Part shown: positions 29,457 through 39,763 of the stretch, in pieces
How the letters are laid out: the number at the start of each line of letters is the position of its first letter
Numbering within the stretch: the stretch's first letter is position 1
Source: an archaeon
GTDB lineage: Archaea; Nanobdellota; Nanobdellia; Pacearchaeales; GW2011-AR1
Length of the DNA: 64,000 nucleotides
Direction of reading: 5' to 3'
NCBI GenBank assembly: GCA_030605415.1
Contig: JAUWIJ010000002.1
Span: forward strand, 14,472 to 78,471
Notes under the pieces: generated by a model
Told to the model about the DNA's origin: nothing
What the model saw: only the letters and a program-made list of their open reading frames with translations
Databases searched by the model: none
Program-made: the position numbers and the translations under genes

Positions 29457-29512
29457 TTTTCCCCTTAGAGATTTGAGTTGAGAAAATAGTAGTTTGGGTA
29501 GTTTCCGTAGTT
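29417..29512. repeat. Putative replication origin: inverted 3+3 hexamer iterons
   Basis: AACTAC at 29417/29426/29435 and GTAGTT at 29489/29498/29507; 9-bp period, 48-bp spacer. Confidence 0.7.
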
Positions 29513-29999
29513 ATTGGATTTTTAATAAACCGAATAACTCCCTCATTCAAGAGATATATTTAAATAGTTCCTTCACTTTTGAGGAGAGTTCTCGCTCGTT
29601 CCTCACGAGCCTCATCCTCAAAAGCTAATCCCCTTAAACATTCTCTTGAATGAAGGGGACACATCACCTCAATATAGATTTAATTAATAGATTTCAGCCA
29701 TCCTAATCAACTTTATCTTACTAAATGCCAATACATACCTCACGATGTCGCCCCCGCTCCTCGTTCGGTCTGCCCCTTCCTCCCCCGTGCGTGCCTGCCT
29801 TCTTCCACAGGAAATAGCGATTTCCTCTGGAATGTATTTTTAGGGAGTGGTTGGGAAATCAATCATTTCAATTACAGGTTAGAGAGAAGACAAACCTATA
29901 ATTCAAACTCAATCCAATGTTTAGGCACAAACTTAATTAACAGGAAACTAATTAAGATTGACAAGCGAGGGATTAGGGACTTATGGCGTATTGTTTAGG

Positions 30000-30027
30000 A
30001 ATTCGCATAACAAACATTATGCGACGT
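30000..30027. other. dif-like Xer recombination site
   Basis: AATTCGCATAA-CAAACA-TTATGCGACGT: 11-6-11 layout with perfect 8-bp inverted arms and the CATAA/TTATG core. Confidence 0.6.
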
Positions 30028-30736
30028 TCATTTCATTCACTAACTTTTGACAGGAAATCAAAAGAAACAATACTTTAATCGGATAAGGAAGACCGACATC
30101 ATCCCCCACTCACTTCGCCAATCCCTCCGTTCGTATGATGTCTTTCGCACAAATCGATTTGTGCAAACTTCCTCTCTCTCCCATTTTCTACCTTATACAT
30201 TTGCTATTTTATTTTTATAATGAGTTGGGGAACTTCCATCATCACTTCTGCTGATGGAGTGGGTTGGCGTGGGACGGGGGAAAACATCCACGCCCCCAAC
30301 TCTCCCCCTCTCCCCTCGCTTCGCTCGGGGGCTTCGCCCCCACTCCCCCGCTCACTTCGTTCGCCCCTGGGGGATTTAGTAATAAGAAACGATATTAAAG
30401 GCGTGTTGATGTCGTCGGTATAAGAGGGTTATAGTCGTTATTAGAGGGTGTGGTGTCGTGTGTAGTATGTTGTTTGTTGTTATCTTAGCGATTGTTGGTT
30501 GGTTGTTCTTATTGTTAACCATAACCCCGCACACAATTTTTTAATATATATATCAATATAGCGGTTTTGAATGCCTGTTTTATATATGTCCTGGACTTCG
30601 GACAAGAAAATTTTAAAAATATTATAGAAAAATATAAATAGAAGTTTCAATTAATAGAAAGGTAAGGGCAAAACCAAACTCCCCCCAATTTAGTAAGGGG
30701 GAGATTTGATTTCCAGGATTCACAAACCGAATAACT

Positions 30737-30838
30737 ATGGCAAATAAACAATTTTATATTTTTCTTGGAATGGTCTTAGTTCTCTCAAGTGTTCTCGGAG
30801 TGTTAATTGGGTTTTTAATTATAAGATTTATGGGATAA
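30737..30838 (+). CDS. 33-aa hydrophobic single-TM peptide
   Basis: MANKQFYIFLGMVLVLSSVLGVLIGFLIIRFMG; preceded by a TATA box (~30632) and a long hairpin (~30671-30712). Confidence 0.55.
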   Translation: MANKQFYIFLGMVLVLSSVLGVLIGFLIIRFMG

Positions 30839-30945
30839 TTTTATGACAAATAAATTTATAAGTCGGTCAAACTATAATTCATTACCAGATAAAAACTGAT
30901 TGGATTTGAAAGAAAACATTCTTTTAAGTCTTGGACAAATTTATT

Positions 30946-31062
30946 GAGCCTGTAGCTCAGCCTGGTCAGAGCGCTAGTCTTATAAGTCTGCAGTCCTTCG
31001 GGGTTGTAATTGCTTTCGTCTAAGAAAGCTAGAGGCCCGGGGTTCAAATCCCCGCAGGCTCA
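30946..31062 (+). tRNA. tRNA-Ile(UAU) with 42-nt intron at 37/38 (30985-31026)
   Basis: Acceptor GAGCCTG/CAGGCTC, anticodon loop CT-TAT-A|A, BHB central helix CTTA/TAAG, T-loop TTCAAAT. Confidence 0.92.
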
Positions 31063-31226
31063 TTTGAACACCGGGCAGTCCGGGGCGAGCAAAACACTTT
31101 GAGAAAAAACAAAATTACTGAAAATAAAAAACTAAAATTGTCTACCTATCCCTAAGAAAGAACGCGCGGTTTTATCAAAAACAAAACAGATAGTCGGCTT
31201 CGCTGAAATTTATTTATTGGGTACTT

Positions 31227-31466
31227 TTATTCTTTAAAATTCATCCCTAACAATTTTAAAATTAAGAAAGAGAGAAATCCTAAAATAAAAGACCAAATTA
31301 GGGCTAAGAATAACGAACCAAAAAATACTTTCCAAAATTCGTTTGTCGGTGTTAATAAATCTTCAAAAGTATAGGAAAATATCCAAGCTAAAATCCCTCC
31401 TAAAAATCCAATCATCAATATCTTATAATAATTAGAAAATTCTTTAAATAATTCGGTTAATTTCAT
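31227..31466 (-). CDS. Small two-TM membrane protein
   Basis: Two hydrophobic helices; ATGA-coupled to the upstream gene. Confidence 0.6.
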   Translation of the reverse strand: MKLTELFKEFSNYYKILMIGFLGGILAWIFSYTFEDLLTPTNEFWKVFFGSLFLALIWSFILGFLSFLILKLLGMNFKE

Positions 31467-31771
31467 TTTTTCTTATTTTGTTTTACTCCCCAATAAATCA
31501 TAAATCCAATAAACACGATAAAATAATATGTTAAAATTAAAATTGGCAAAAATAAAAGAAATTCTGAAATAACAAAATCATTATAAACATCTGGATTAAA
31601 CAAGGTTAAAATTAATGCAAGAGAAAGCGAAAGGATATGAAAATATTTATTTCTTAAAATCCATATACGAAATCTTTTAGTTTCTTTGATAAAGATTTTT
31701 GTAATAAGCCAAAAAAAGAAAGCAAATCCTATAATTGCTACGAGAACATCAATTATAAAATTCCATTCCAT
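31463..31771 (-). CDS. Small three-TM membrane protein
   Basis: Three hydrophobic helices. Confidence 0.6.
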   Translation of the reverse strand: MEWNFIIDVLVAIIGFAFFFWLITKIFIKETKRFRIWILRNKYFHILSLSLALILTLFNPDVYNDFVISEFLLFLPILILTYYFIVFIGFMIYWGVKQNKKK

Positions 31772-32045
31772 AATTTTATTGAAGAACACAGCTTTATTAA
31801 TTTATCGTAAAAGTACCCCACCTTTTTTAAAAAAAAGAAACAAAAAAGCGCGCTCAAACCCAACAACAATTTTAAAGACAATTTTCAGTAATTTCGTTTG
31901 ACACTCTAATCTGAAATCAAAATTGTTGTATAACATCGCTGATTAAACAAAATTGCTGAAAATAAAAAACTAAAATTGTCTATCTATCCCCAAACAGATA
32001 ATCGGCTTCGCCGAAATAAATATAAACAAAAATTGTTCACTGTTT

Positions 32046-32948
32046 ATGATGAAATTTAATAAAAATATTGATAAAGTAATTATAAGGTATAATAAAAATA
32101 TTGATAAAGTAAATAGGTTAGAAAAGAAAAAAGCACTACTTTTAAAAAAATTGTTAGCTAAATTAAAAATTGATAAAAATCTTAGTTATTCTTTAGATGG
32201 AGGAATAAGTAAGTTGGATAAGATTAAGAAAAAAGAATTGGATGAAGAAGATATACAGCTACTTTTAGAAAACGAGTATAACTTTGCAACTGGAGAAACA
32301 ATCCCAAATTTCTTTACTAAATTGCAAATTTTTTCTATTTCTAAAGAAAACATAGCTTCTATTTCTTTTGATGATAAGTTAAAACCCCACTTATATTTTC
32401 ACGGCAATTTTGCAGTTCTTCCGTCACATCTAGAAATGAGAAAAGATATTGATTTTATGAATACTTGGAAAAATAAAAAAATAAAAAAATTGGAAAAACA
32501 AAATACTTGTCCAAAATGTGAGGAGTATTTTGATAAAAACAAAAGAGATAAAGTTCCCACGCTTCATCATACTAAAACTGAAGAAAAACAAGAAAATTTC
32601 AGTAAAATTATTGATAGACTAAAGAAAGATTTTCTAAATGGTAAAAAAACCATTTCAGATGTTCATAAAACAGCCAGTATAGAAAAAGAGAGATATATAG
32701 ATTGTTATAAAAGTTTGAGTGATACAGAATTAATTTGCCTTGATTGTCATAGTAAAAAAGAGCACCCTGAATATATAATCAGAAGTATATATAATAAATA
32801 TTGTCGCAAAATAAACGGAGCAAAGGAAGGCGGAAATTCAGAATTAGTCAAAAAATTAAAAGAAGATTACTATTTTGAAATGGAAAAGCATGGTTTATTT
32901 AATGATGAAAATAATAAATGGATTGAACTATTATCTAATGAGTTATAA
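32046..32948 (+). CDS. HNH-like zinc-finger endonuclease with helical insert
   Basis: CPKC..TLHH..ELICLDCHSKKEH. Confidence 0.55.
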   Translation: MMKFNKNIDKVIIRYNKNIDKVNRLEKKKALLLKKLLAKLKIDKNLSYSLDGGISKLDKIKKKELDEEDIQLLLENEYNFATGETIPNFFTKLQIFSISKENIASISFDDKLKPHLYFHGNFAVLPSHLEMRKDIDFMNTWKNKKIKKLEKQNTCPKCEEYFDKNKRDKVPTLHHTKTEEKQENFSKIIDRLKKDFLNGKKTISDVHKTASIEKERYIDCYKSLSDTELICLDCHSKKEHPEYIIRSIYNKYCRKINGAKEGGNSELVKKLKEDYYFEMEKHGLFNDENNKWIELLSNEL

Positions 32949-33210
32949 AAATTAATCTGTCAAAATAGAAACCCCCTCCCATTTTCTTTTTAGAAAAAAG
33001 AAACAAAAAGCGGGAGGGCAATCTCGCTAATTTAATGGTCGTCGTAACCATCCCCCTCCCTCTCCCTGAAAGAAAAATTAAAACTCTGCGTCGCTAACGC
33101 TCCTTGCCACATCTTGCAGGCTCTCGCTCCATTTCATTACGCTCGGGAAAATGAACAGCAATTAAAAAGAAAGTTCCCCGCAGGCTCATACAAATTTTAA
33201 TAAATATAAA

Positions 33211-34167
33211 TTACTTCTTACAAATAGAAACCGAATAAAAACCATCTTCTGAAATCTTCATATTCACCTCGTCAAAGTACATATTCAGAATTTCGATAAG
33301 GTCCTTTTTCTCATATTTATAAGATAATAAAACCAGAAGCCTATCTCCTTTTTTAAATTCAATTTTTCCCCCGTACAACTCTACAATTCTATCAACTTCA
33401 ATATTGTAATAAACTTCAATTCTGGATTCTACTAACTCAATATTCATTTTGAGTTCTTCTTCCTTAAATCCAAGACCCATTGGAATATTTATCAACAGCT
33501 TCTTTAATGTGGTTGATTCCCTGTATAATTCAAGCATCTTTTGAGATTCATGATTCCAAATACTATTTCCCAAAATTAATAAATCTCCTTCTTTCATGGC
33601 CCTTCGGATATTGTATAAAATTTCATGGATATCTAAATTTTCTATTGTATTGCCGAGAAGCAAAAAAATATTTTTTTGATATTCCTTGTAACGAATAGAC
33701 TTCGAAATATTTTCGATATTGTCAAAATCAGAAATTATCCATTGCATTTTTATAACCTCTTCCGGATTTTCTTTTCTGACCGTATTAATAGCTACCTCTA
33801 CTAAATCACTGTTAATATCTACAGGACAGTATCTAATTTTGAAATCTTTTAATTGTTGAATAATAGTTGACGCTTTTTTCCCGCTTCCACATCCAAGATC
33901 AACAATATTTATAGCTTTGTCTTTAATGCTATCTTTAATTTCTTTAATGTTATCTTTAATCGTATTAACTTCTTGAAAGTCAATTTTATTTTGATACCGA
34001 GAATTTTTCTCAAAGTCAAAAAACGCCTGTCCCTTATTGTTCGAACAAAAAATTAATTTCGAATCCGCAATATTCCATATTTTAAAACCATTCTCCTCGG
34101 AATACCCGCGTTTAATTAATTCCTTAAAAATCAAATTATTGACTTGCCGACTTTCTTTTTCTGCCAT
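33211..34167 (-). CDS. EgtD-like (Methyltransf_33) SAM-dependent methyltransferase
   Basis: VDLGCGSGKK, YCPVDI, LGNTIEN, SYKY. Confidence 0.78.
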   Translation of the reverse strand: MAEKESRQVNNLIFKELIKRGYSEENGFKIWNIADSKLIFCSNNKGQAFFDFEKNSRYQNKIDFQEVNTIKDNIKEIKDSIKDKAINIVDLGCGSGKKASTIIQQLKDFKIRYCPVDINSDLVEVAINTVRKENPEEVIKMQWIISDFDNIENISKSIRYKEYQKNIFLLLGNTIENLDIHEILYNIRRAMKEGDLLILGNSIWNHESQKMLELYRESTTLKKLLINIPMGLGFKEEELKMNIELVESRIEVYYNIEVDRIVELYGGKIEFKKGDRLLVLLSYKYEKKDLIEILNMYFDEVNMKISEDGFYSVSICKK

Positions 34168-34366
34168 AATAATATTGGTAAACTCTGGTTTTTATGTGTT
34201 TGTATTAACTGTTAGAAGGTGAGAAGTAAAAAACAAAACAATGTCAGGAAAAATCGCAAACGCTTCCACCAAATTATCAGCCAGAATAAAATCCATTTAT
34301 TTGTTGTGCGCACGGTGGAATAAAGATAGAACCACAGAAAGTTTTATTAACTTAGATTTTGTTTAA

Positions 34367-35359
<993 letters not shown>

Positions 35360-35360
35360 A

Positions 35361-36272
35361 ATGTATGACTTGATTATTATTGGCGGAGGACCGGCTGGGA
35401 TAACTGCAGCAATTTATGCAGCGAGGGAGAAGTTAAATTTTTTGCTTGTGACGATTGATGTAGGTGGGCAAGTGGTCTGGAGTTCAGAGGTTGAGAATTT
35501 TCCCGGGACACTTTCTTCGACAGGAATTGAACTGGTTCAGAAGTTTCAGGCGCAGTTAAAAAAGTATAAGGTGAATATCAAACAAGAGGATGTTATGCGG
35601 ATTAGTAAAGTTGGAAGTGTTGTGAAAGTTAAGACCAAAGTAGAAGTTTATAATTCTAAAGCTGTGATTATTGCTTCAGGAAAGAAGCCGAAGAAATTAA
35701 ATGTTCCAGGTGAGGAGAAGTTTTTTGGGAAAGGTGTTAATTATTGTGCGACTTGTCACGCTCCATCATATAAAGGAAAGGTCGTCGCGATTGCTGGAGG
35801 AGGAAGTTCAGGATTAGAGGCGGCTTTGTTTTTGAGAAAATATGCAAAGAAGGTTTATCTTTTAAATATTAACGCCAAGCTTGGTGGGGAGAATTATTTA
35901 AGAAAAAAAGTTTTGGCCGACAAGGAAATTACTATTATTAATAATGCGAAGATTTTAGAAATAACTGGAGAAAAAGTAGTTAGCGGTTTGAAGTATACTG
36001 AAAAAGATAAAGAGATGACGTTAAAATTAGAAGGAGTTTTTATTGAAATTGGATTAGTTACCGAAGTAGGATTTACCAGCGTTAAAAAAAATAAATGGGA
36101 AGAGATAAGACTATTTAGGGGGACGAGGACACATAATGAAAATTTAACTTCTGTTCCAGGAATTTTTGCAGCTGGAGATTGTACTGATATTCCCGCTAAA
36201 CAAATTGTTGCGGCGGCGGGTGAGGGATGTAAAGCGGCGCTAGCTAGTTTTGATTATATTTTGAAAAAATGA
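35361..36272 (+). CDS. trxB: Thioredoxin reductase/AhpF-like oxidoreductase
   Basis: GGGPAG, VENFPG, YCATCH, FAAGD. Confidence 0.88.
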   Translation: MYDLIIIGGGPAGITAAIYAAREKLNFLLVTIDVGGQVVWSSEVENFPGTLSSTGIELVQKFQAQLKKYKVNIKQEDVMRISKVGSVVKVKTKVEVYNSKAVIIASGKKPKKLNVPGEEKFFGKGVNYCATCHAPSYKGKVVAIAGGGSSGLEAALFLRKYAKKVYLLNINAKLGGENYLRKKVLADKEITIINNAKILEITGEKVVSGLKYTEKDKEMTLKLEGVFIEIGLVTEVGFTSVKKNKWEEIRLFRGTRTHNENLTSVPGIFAAGDCTDIPAKQIVAAAGEGCKAALASFDYILKK

Positions 36273-37399
36273 AAAAATTATCTGGTTTTGATTTCGAGGG
36301 TAAGGTTGTTTTACTCAGGACCGATTTGAATTCCGATGCTCATGAAGGCAAAATTGGTTTATCTGAAAGAATAAAGGAAAGTGTCAAAACCATTTCTGAG
36401 TTAAAGCAGAAGGGAGCAAAAGTTGTTATCATCGCTCATCAAGGCAGGCAAGACAAGGATGATTTTATTGGATTAAAACAACATGCCAAATTTTTAAATA
36501 AATATGTTAAAGTGAAATTTGTTGATGATGTTTGCGGGAAGAAAGCTATTAAGACAATTGAAAAATTAAAAAATGGCGAAGTTGTCTTATTGGATAATAT
36601 TAGATTTATTAAAGATGAGTTTGAACCAAAAAAAGGAAAGAAAAATAAATTGTTTAAGTTAGTTGAGATGGCGGACGTCTTTGTTAACGACGCATTTTCA
36701 GTTTGTCATCGAGAACATGCTTCGATGGTTTTATTTCCTCGTTATTTGAAAAGTTTTGCTGGGAGGTTATTAGAGAAAGAAATTGTCGCCTTGAAAAAGA
36801 TTAAGATAAAAAATTGTTTGTATATCTTAGGCGGTGCAAAACCAGAAGACAATATTAAATTATTAAGAGGGCGTAAAGTTTTGGCCTGTGGTTTATTTGG
36901 ACAGATGTGTTTGATTGCAAAAGGAAAAGATTTAGGAGCACAAAATAAATATTTAAAAAAAGATATTAAAAATTATTTTAAAATTATTGGTAAGCTGAAG
37001 AAAAAACTGAGGAATGTTAAAGCGCCTATCGATTTTGCTGTTAAAGTTAATGGAAAAAGAAAAGAGTTAGGTGTTGAAGATTTTCCGAGCAGATATGAGA
37101 TTTTCGATATTGGAAAAGAAACTCAAAAAGAATATACTGACGAAATTAAAAAAGCAGAAGTTGTTTTTATGAAAGGACCGGCAGGATTTTCTGCTGATAA
37201 AAATTTCGCTAAGGGAACTGTCACCCTACTGAGAACTATTGCAAAATTAAAAAATTTTAGTTTGGTAGGAGGAGGACATTTAAGCGACACCATAAAAAAA
37301 TATAAGTTGTCCGGATTTGGTCATGTTAGTCTTTCGGGCGGGGCTTTGTTAAGATATATAGCTGGAGAAAAATTAGTTGGATTGGAAGCACTAAAATAA
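36269..37399 (+). CDS. pgk: Phosphoglycerate kinase
   Basis: RTDLN, AHQGR, NDAFS..HR, GGAKP, SLSGGA. Confidence 0.94.
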   Translation: MKKLSGFDFEGKVVLLRTDLNSDAHEGKIGLSERIKESVKTISELKQKGAKVVIIAHQGRQDKDDFIGLKQHAKFLNKYVKVKFVDDVCGKKAIKTIEKLKNGEVVLLDNIRFIKDEFEPKKGKKNKLFKLVEMADVFVNDAFSVCHREHASMVLFPRYLKSFAGRLLEKEIVALKKIKIKNCLYILGGAKPEDNIKLLRGRKVLACGLFGQMCLIAKGKDLGAQNKYLKKDIKNYFKIIGKLKKKLRNVKAPIDFAVKVNGKRKELGVEDFPSRYEIFDIGKETQKEYTDEIKKAEVVFMKGPAGFSADKNFAKGTVTLLRTIAKLKNFSLVGGGHLSDTIKKYKLSGFGHVSLSGGALLRYIAGEKLVGLEALK

Positions 37400-37508
37400 A
37401 AAATTAAAAAACTAAAACCAAAGTAGTTATACCAATTGAAATTTTAATATTTTGATTACTTAGAAACCTTTATAATAATCTTTCCCCTGATAATTTCAGA
37501 GGTGTATA

Positions 37509-38384
37509 ATGTTTGACGTCATAACTTTTGGAAGTGCCGTAGTGGATGTTTTTGTCGAGACTGGACAGAGTGGAAAAAAGTTTGAATATAAAGCCGGATC
37601 GAAAATTTTAGTTAAAGATTTGAAGTTTGATGTGGGGGGTGGAGCTACAAATTCTGCTGTTGCTTTTTCTCGGTTAGGATTAAAAACAGGTTGTATCTGT
37701 AAAGTTGGGAATGATAACAATGGACAAGATGTTTTGGACGAATTAAAAAAAGAGAAGGTTAAATTTCTAGGAAAGAGAATTAATGGAAAGACAGGATCTT
37801 CGATAATTTTAGATAGCAAAGATAAAAATAGAACGATTTTGACTTTTAAGGGATTGGGAAATAGTGTAAAGATTTCCGATATACCAGAATTTAAGAGTAG
37901 TTGGTTATATTTTTCATCCGTGCTGGGCGAGAGTTTTAAAACACAAGAGAAACTCGCGAGGAAATTAAAAAAGAACGGAACGAAATTAGCATTTAATCCG
38001 AGCGAATATTTAATCAAAAAATTAGATATACGTGAGCTTTTGAAACTGGCAGATGTAGTTATTTTAAATAAAGAAGAATTTGATTTAATTAAAAAAAAGT
38101 ATAAGAAGAGCTTGTTGAATATTTGTTTCGGAATAGTTGTTGTGACTGATAAAAACAAATTAGCCTGGGCTTATGATGGCAATAAAAAATATTCTATAAA
38201 GCCTAACAAAATTAAGGTTGTCGAGAGAACAGGAGCGGGAGACGCATTTGCTTCAGGGTTTGTTGCAGGGATGATTGTCGGAAAAAATATCCCCGAAAGT
38301 TTAAAGTTAGGACTAAGGGAAAGTGAATCTGTAATTAGACATTTTGGTACGAAAAATAAATTATTAAAAATAAAGTTAAAATGA
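37509..38384 (+). CDS. PfkB/ribokinase family carbohydrate kinase
   Basis: GGGATNSA, ERTGAGDAFASG. Confidence 0.92.
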   Translation: MFDVITFGSAVVDVFVETGQSGKKFEYKAGSKILVKDLKFDVGGGATNSAVAFSRLGLKTGCICKVGNDNNGQDVLDELKKEKVKFLGKRINGKTGSSIILDSKDKNRTILTFKGLGNSVKISDIPEFKSSWLYFSSVLGESFKTQEKLARKLKKNGTKLAFNPSEYLIKKLDIRELLKLADVVILNKEEFDLIKKKYKKSLLNICFGIVVVTDKNKLAWAYDGNKKYSIKPNKIKVVERTGAGDAFASGFVAGMIVGKNIPESLKLGLRESESVIRHFGTKNKLLKIKLK

Positions 38385-39127
38385 AATTAAATAAAATTTT
38401 GAAAAAAAACAAAGCCATGTTTTTGGCTTATGATCAGGGAATAGAACATGGACCCACAGATTTTAACGATAAGAATGTTGATCCAGAATATATTATTAGA
38501 ATTGCAAAAAAAGGAAATTTCACGGGGATGATTTTTCAAAAAGGAATTGCCGAGAAATATAATGTTTCGATAAAAAAGAGTGGCGTACCATTAATTGTTA
38601 AATTGAATGGGAAAACAAACTTGGTTAAGAGCGAGCCAGTATCCCGACAGTTATGTTCTGTAAGTGAAGCAGTGAAGCTCGGCGCTGTTGCGGTGGGTTA
38701 TACAATTTATATTGGAAGTATTTTTGAGAAAGAAATGTTAGTTGAATTTGAGAAGATTAGTGAGGAGGCACATAAAAAGGGTCTGCCCGTTATTGTTTGG
38801 ATTTACCCTCGAGGAAAGGGAGTTAAGGGAAAAAAGAAAAAAGATTTGATGGCATATGCTACACGGGTAGGATTGGAAATTGGGGCAGACATTGTTAAGA
38901 TTCAATCAACCGGAAAAAAAGCTGATATTGAGTGGGCAGTTGAATCGGCTGGAAAATGTAAAGTTGTCTTGGCTGGCGGAATGAAAAAAAGTGAAAAAGA
39001 ATTATTAAATGAGATTAGAGATGCCGTTAAAGTTGGTTGTATTGGAATTGCTATTGGGAGAAATGTTTGGCAGGCAAAAAATCCACTGAAAATTGCTGAA
39101 AAATTACAGAAGGTGATTTGGGGATGA
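38381..39127 (+). CDS. Class I fructose-bisphosphate aldolase (DhnA type)
   Basis: LAYDQGIEHGP, YPRG, GADIVK, GRNVWQ. Confidence 0.92.
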   Translation: MKLNKILKKNKAMFLAYDQGIEHGPTDFNDKNVDPEYIIRIAKKGNFTGMIFQKGIAEKYNVSIKKSGVPLIVKLNGKTNLVKSEPVSRQLCSVSEAVKLGAVAVGYTIYIGSIFEKEMLVEFEKISEEAHKKGLPVIVWIYPRGKGVKGKKKKDLMAYATRVGLEIGADIVKIQSTGKKADIEWAVESAGKCKVVLAGGMKKSEKELLNEIRDAVKVGCIGIAIGRNVWQAKNPLKIAEKLQKVIWG

Positions 39128-39750
39128 AGCCGATAGTTGTTGTGAATTTTAAGACATATAAACAAGGGGCTAATGTTTTGAAGTTAGCGAAAAAGATTAA
39201 GAAAATAGATAACAAAATTATCGTTGGAATACAGGCTTCGGATATTGAAGAAATTGTAAGAAAAACAAAATTAAAAGTTTTTTGCCAGCATGTTGATTGG
39301 CAGAAGCCAGGGAGAGGAACTGGATTTATTCTTCCAGAAGCAGTTAAAACAGATGGAGCGAAGGGAGTTTTTTTAAATCATTCAGAACATAAATTATCTT
39401 TTTCTGTTTTAAAGAAGACAATTAAGAGGTGCAGAGACGTTAGATTGAAAATTTTGGTTTTTGCTTCAGGATTACCCGAGGCCTTGAAGATTAAAAAATT
39501 GAAGCCAGATTATCTGGTTATTGAGCCTCCAGAATTAGTTGGAGGAAAAGTTTCAGTTTCAAAATCTAAACCAGAGTTGATAGAGACAATTTCGAAGAAG
39601 TTAGGTAGTAGTTTTTTAGTTGGAGCTGGAATAAAAAACAAAGAAGATGTTAAGATTGCAATGCAACTTGGAGCATCAGGAATAGCAATTTCCTCCGCTA
39701 TAACAAAAGCCAAAAACCCCGAAAAAGAATTAAGAAAATTATTAAAATAA
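39124..39750 (+). CDS. tpiA: Triosephosphate isomerase (archaeal type)
   Basis: NFKTY, NHSEH, IEPPELVG, GAGI. Confidence 0.94.
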   Translation: MKPIVVVNFKTYKQGANVLKLAKKIKKIDNKIIVGIQASDIEEIVRKTKLKVFCQHVDWQKPGRGTGFILPEAVKTDGAKGVFLNHSEHKLSFSVLKKTIKRCRDVRLKILVFASGLPEALKIKKLKPDYLVIEPPELVGGKVSVSKSKPELIETISKKLGSSFLVGAGIKNKEDVKIAMQLGASGIAISSAITKAKNPEKELRKLLK

Positions 39751-39763
39751 TTATTTTAAATTT

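Larger units (their letters stand above)
25293..30984. mobile_element. Integrative element (~5.7 kb) at the 5' half of tRNA-Ile(UAU), satellite/plasmid-like
   Basis: TGAGCCTGTAGCTCAG at 25293-25308 equals 30945-30960; contains tyrosine integrase, SF3 helicase and iterons. Confidence 0.88.
31049..33189. mobile_element. Integrase-less islet at the 3' end of tRNA-Ile
   Basis: TCCCCGCAGGCTCAT at 31049-31063 is repeated at 33175-33189. Confidence 0.75.

Noticed and set aside
30220-30423. 67-aa Pro/Ser-rich ORF in the element
   Set aside because: Translation of GC-rich hairpin DNA with atypical codon usage.
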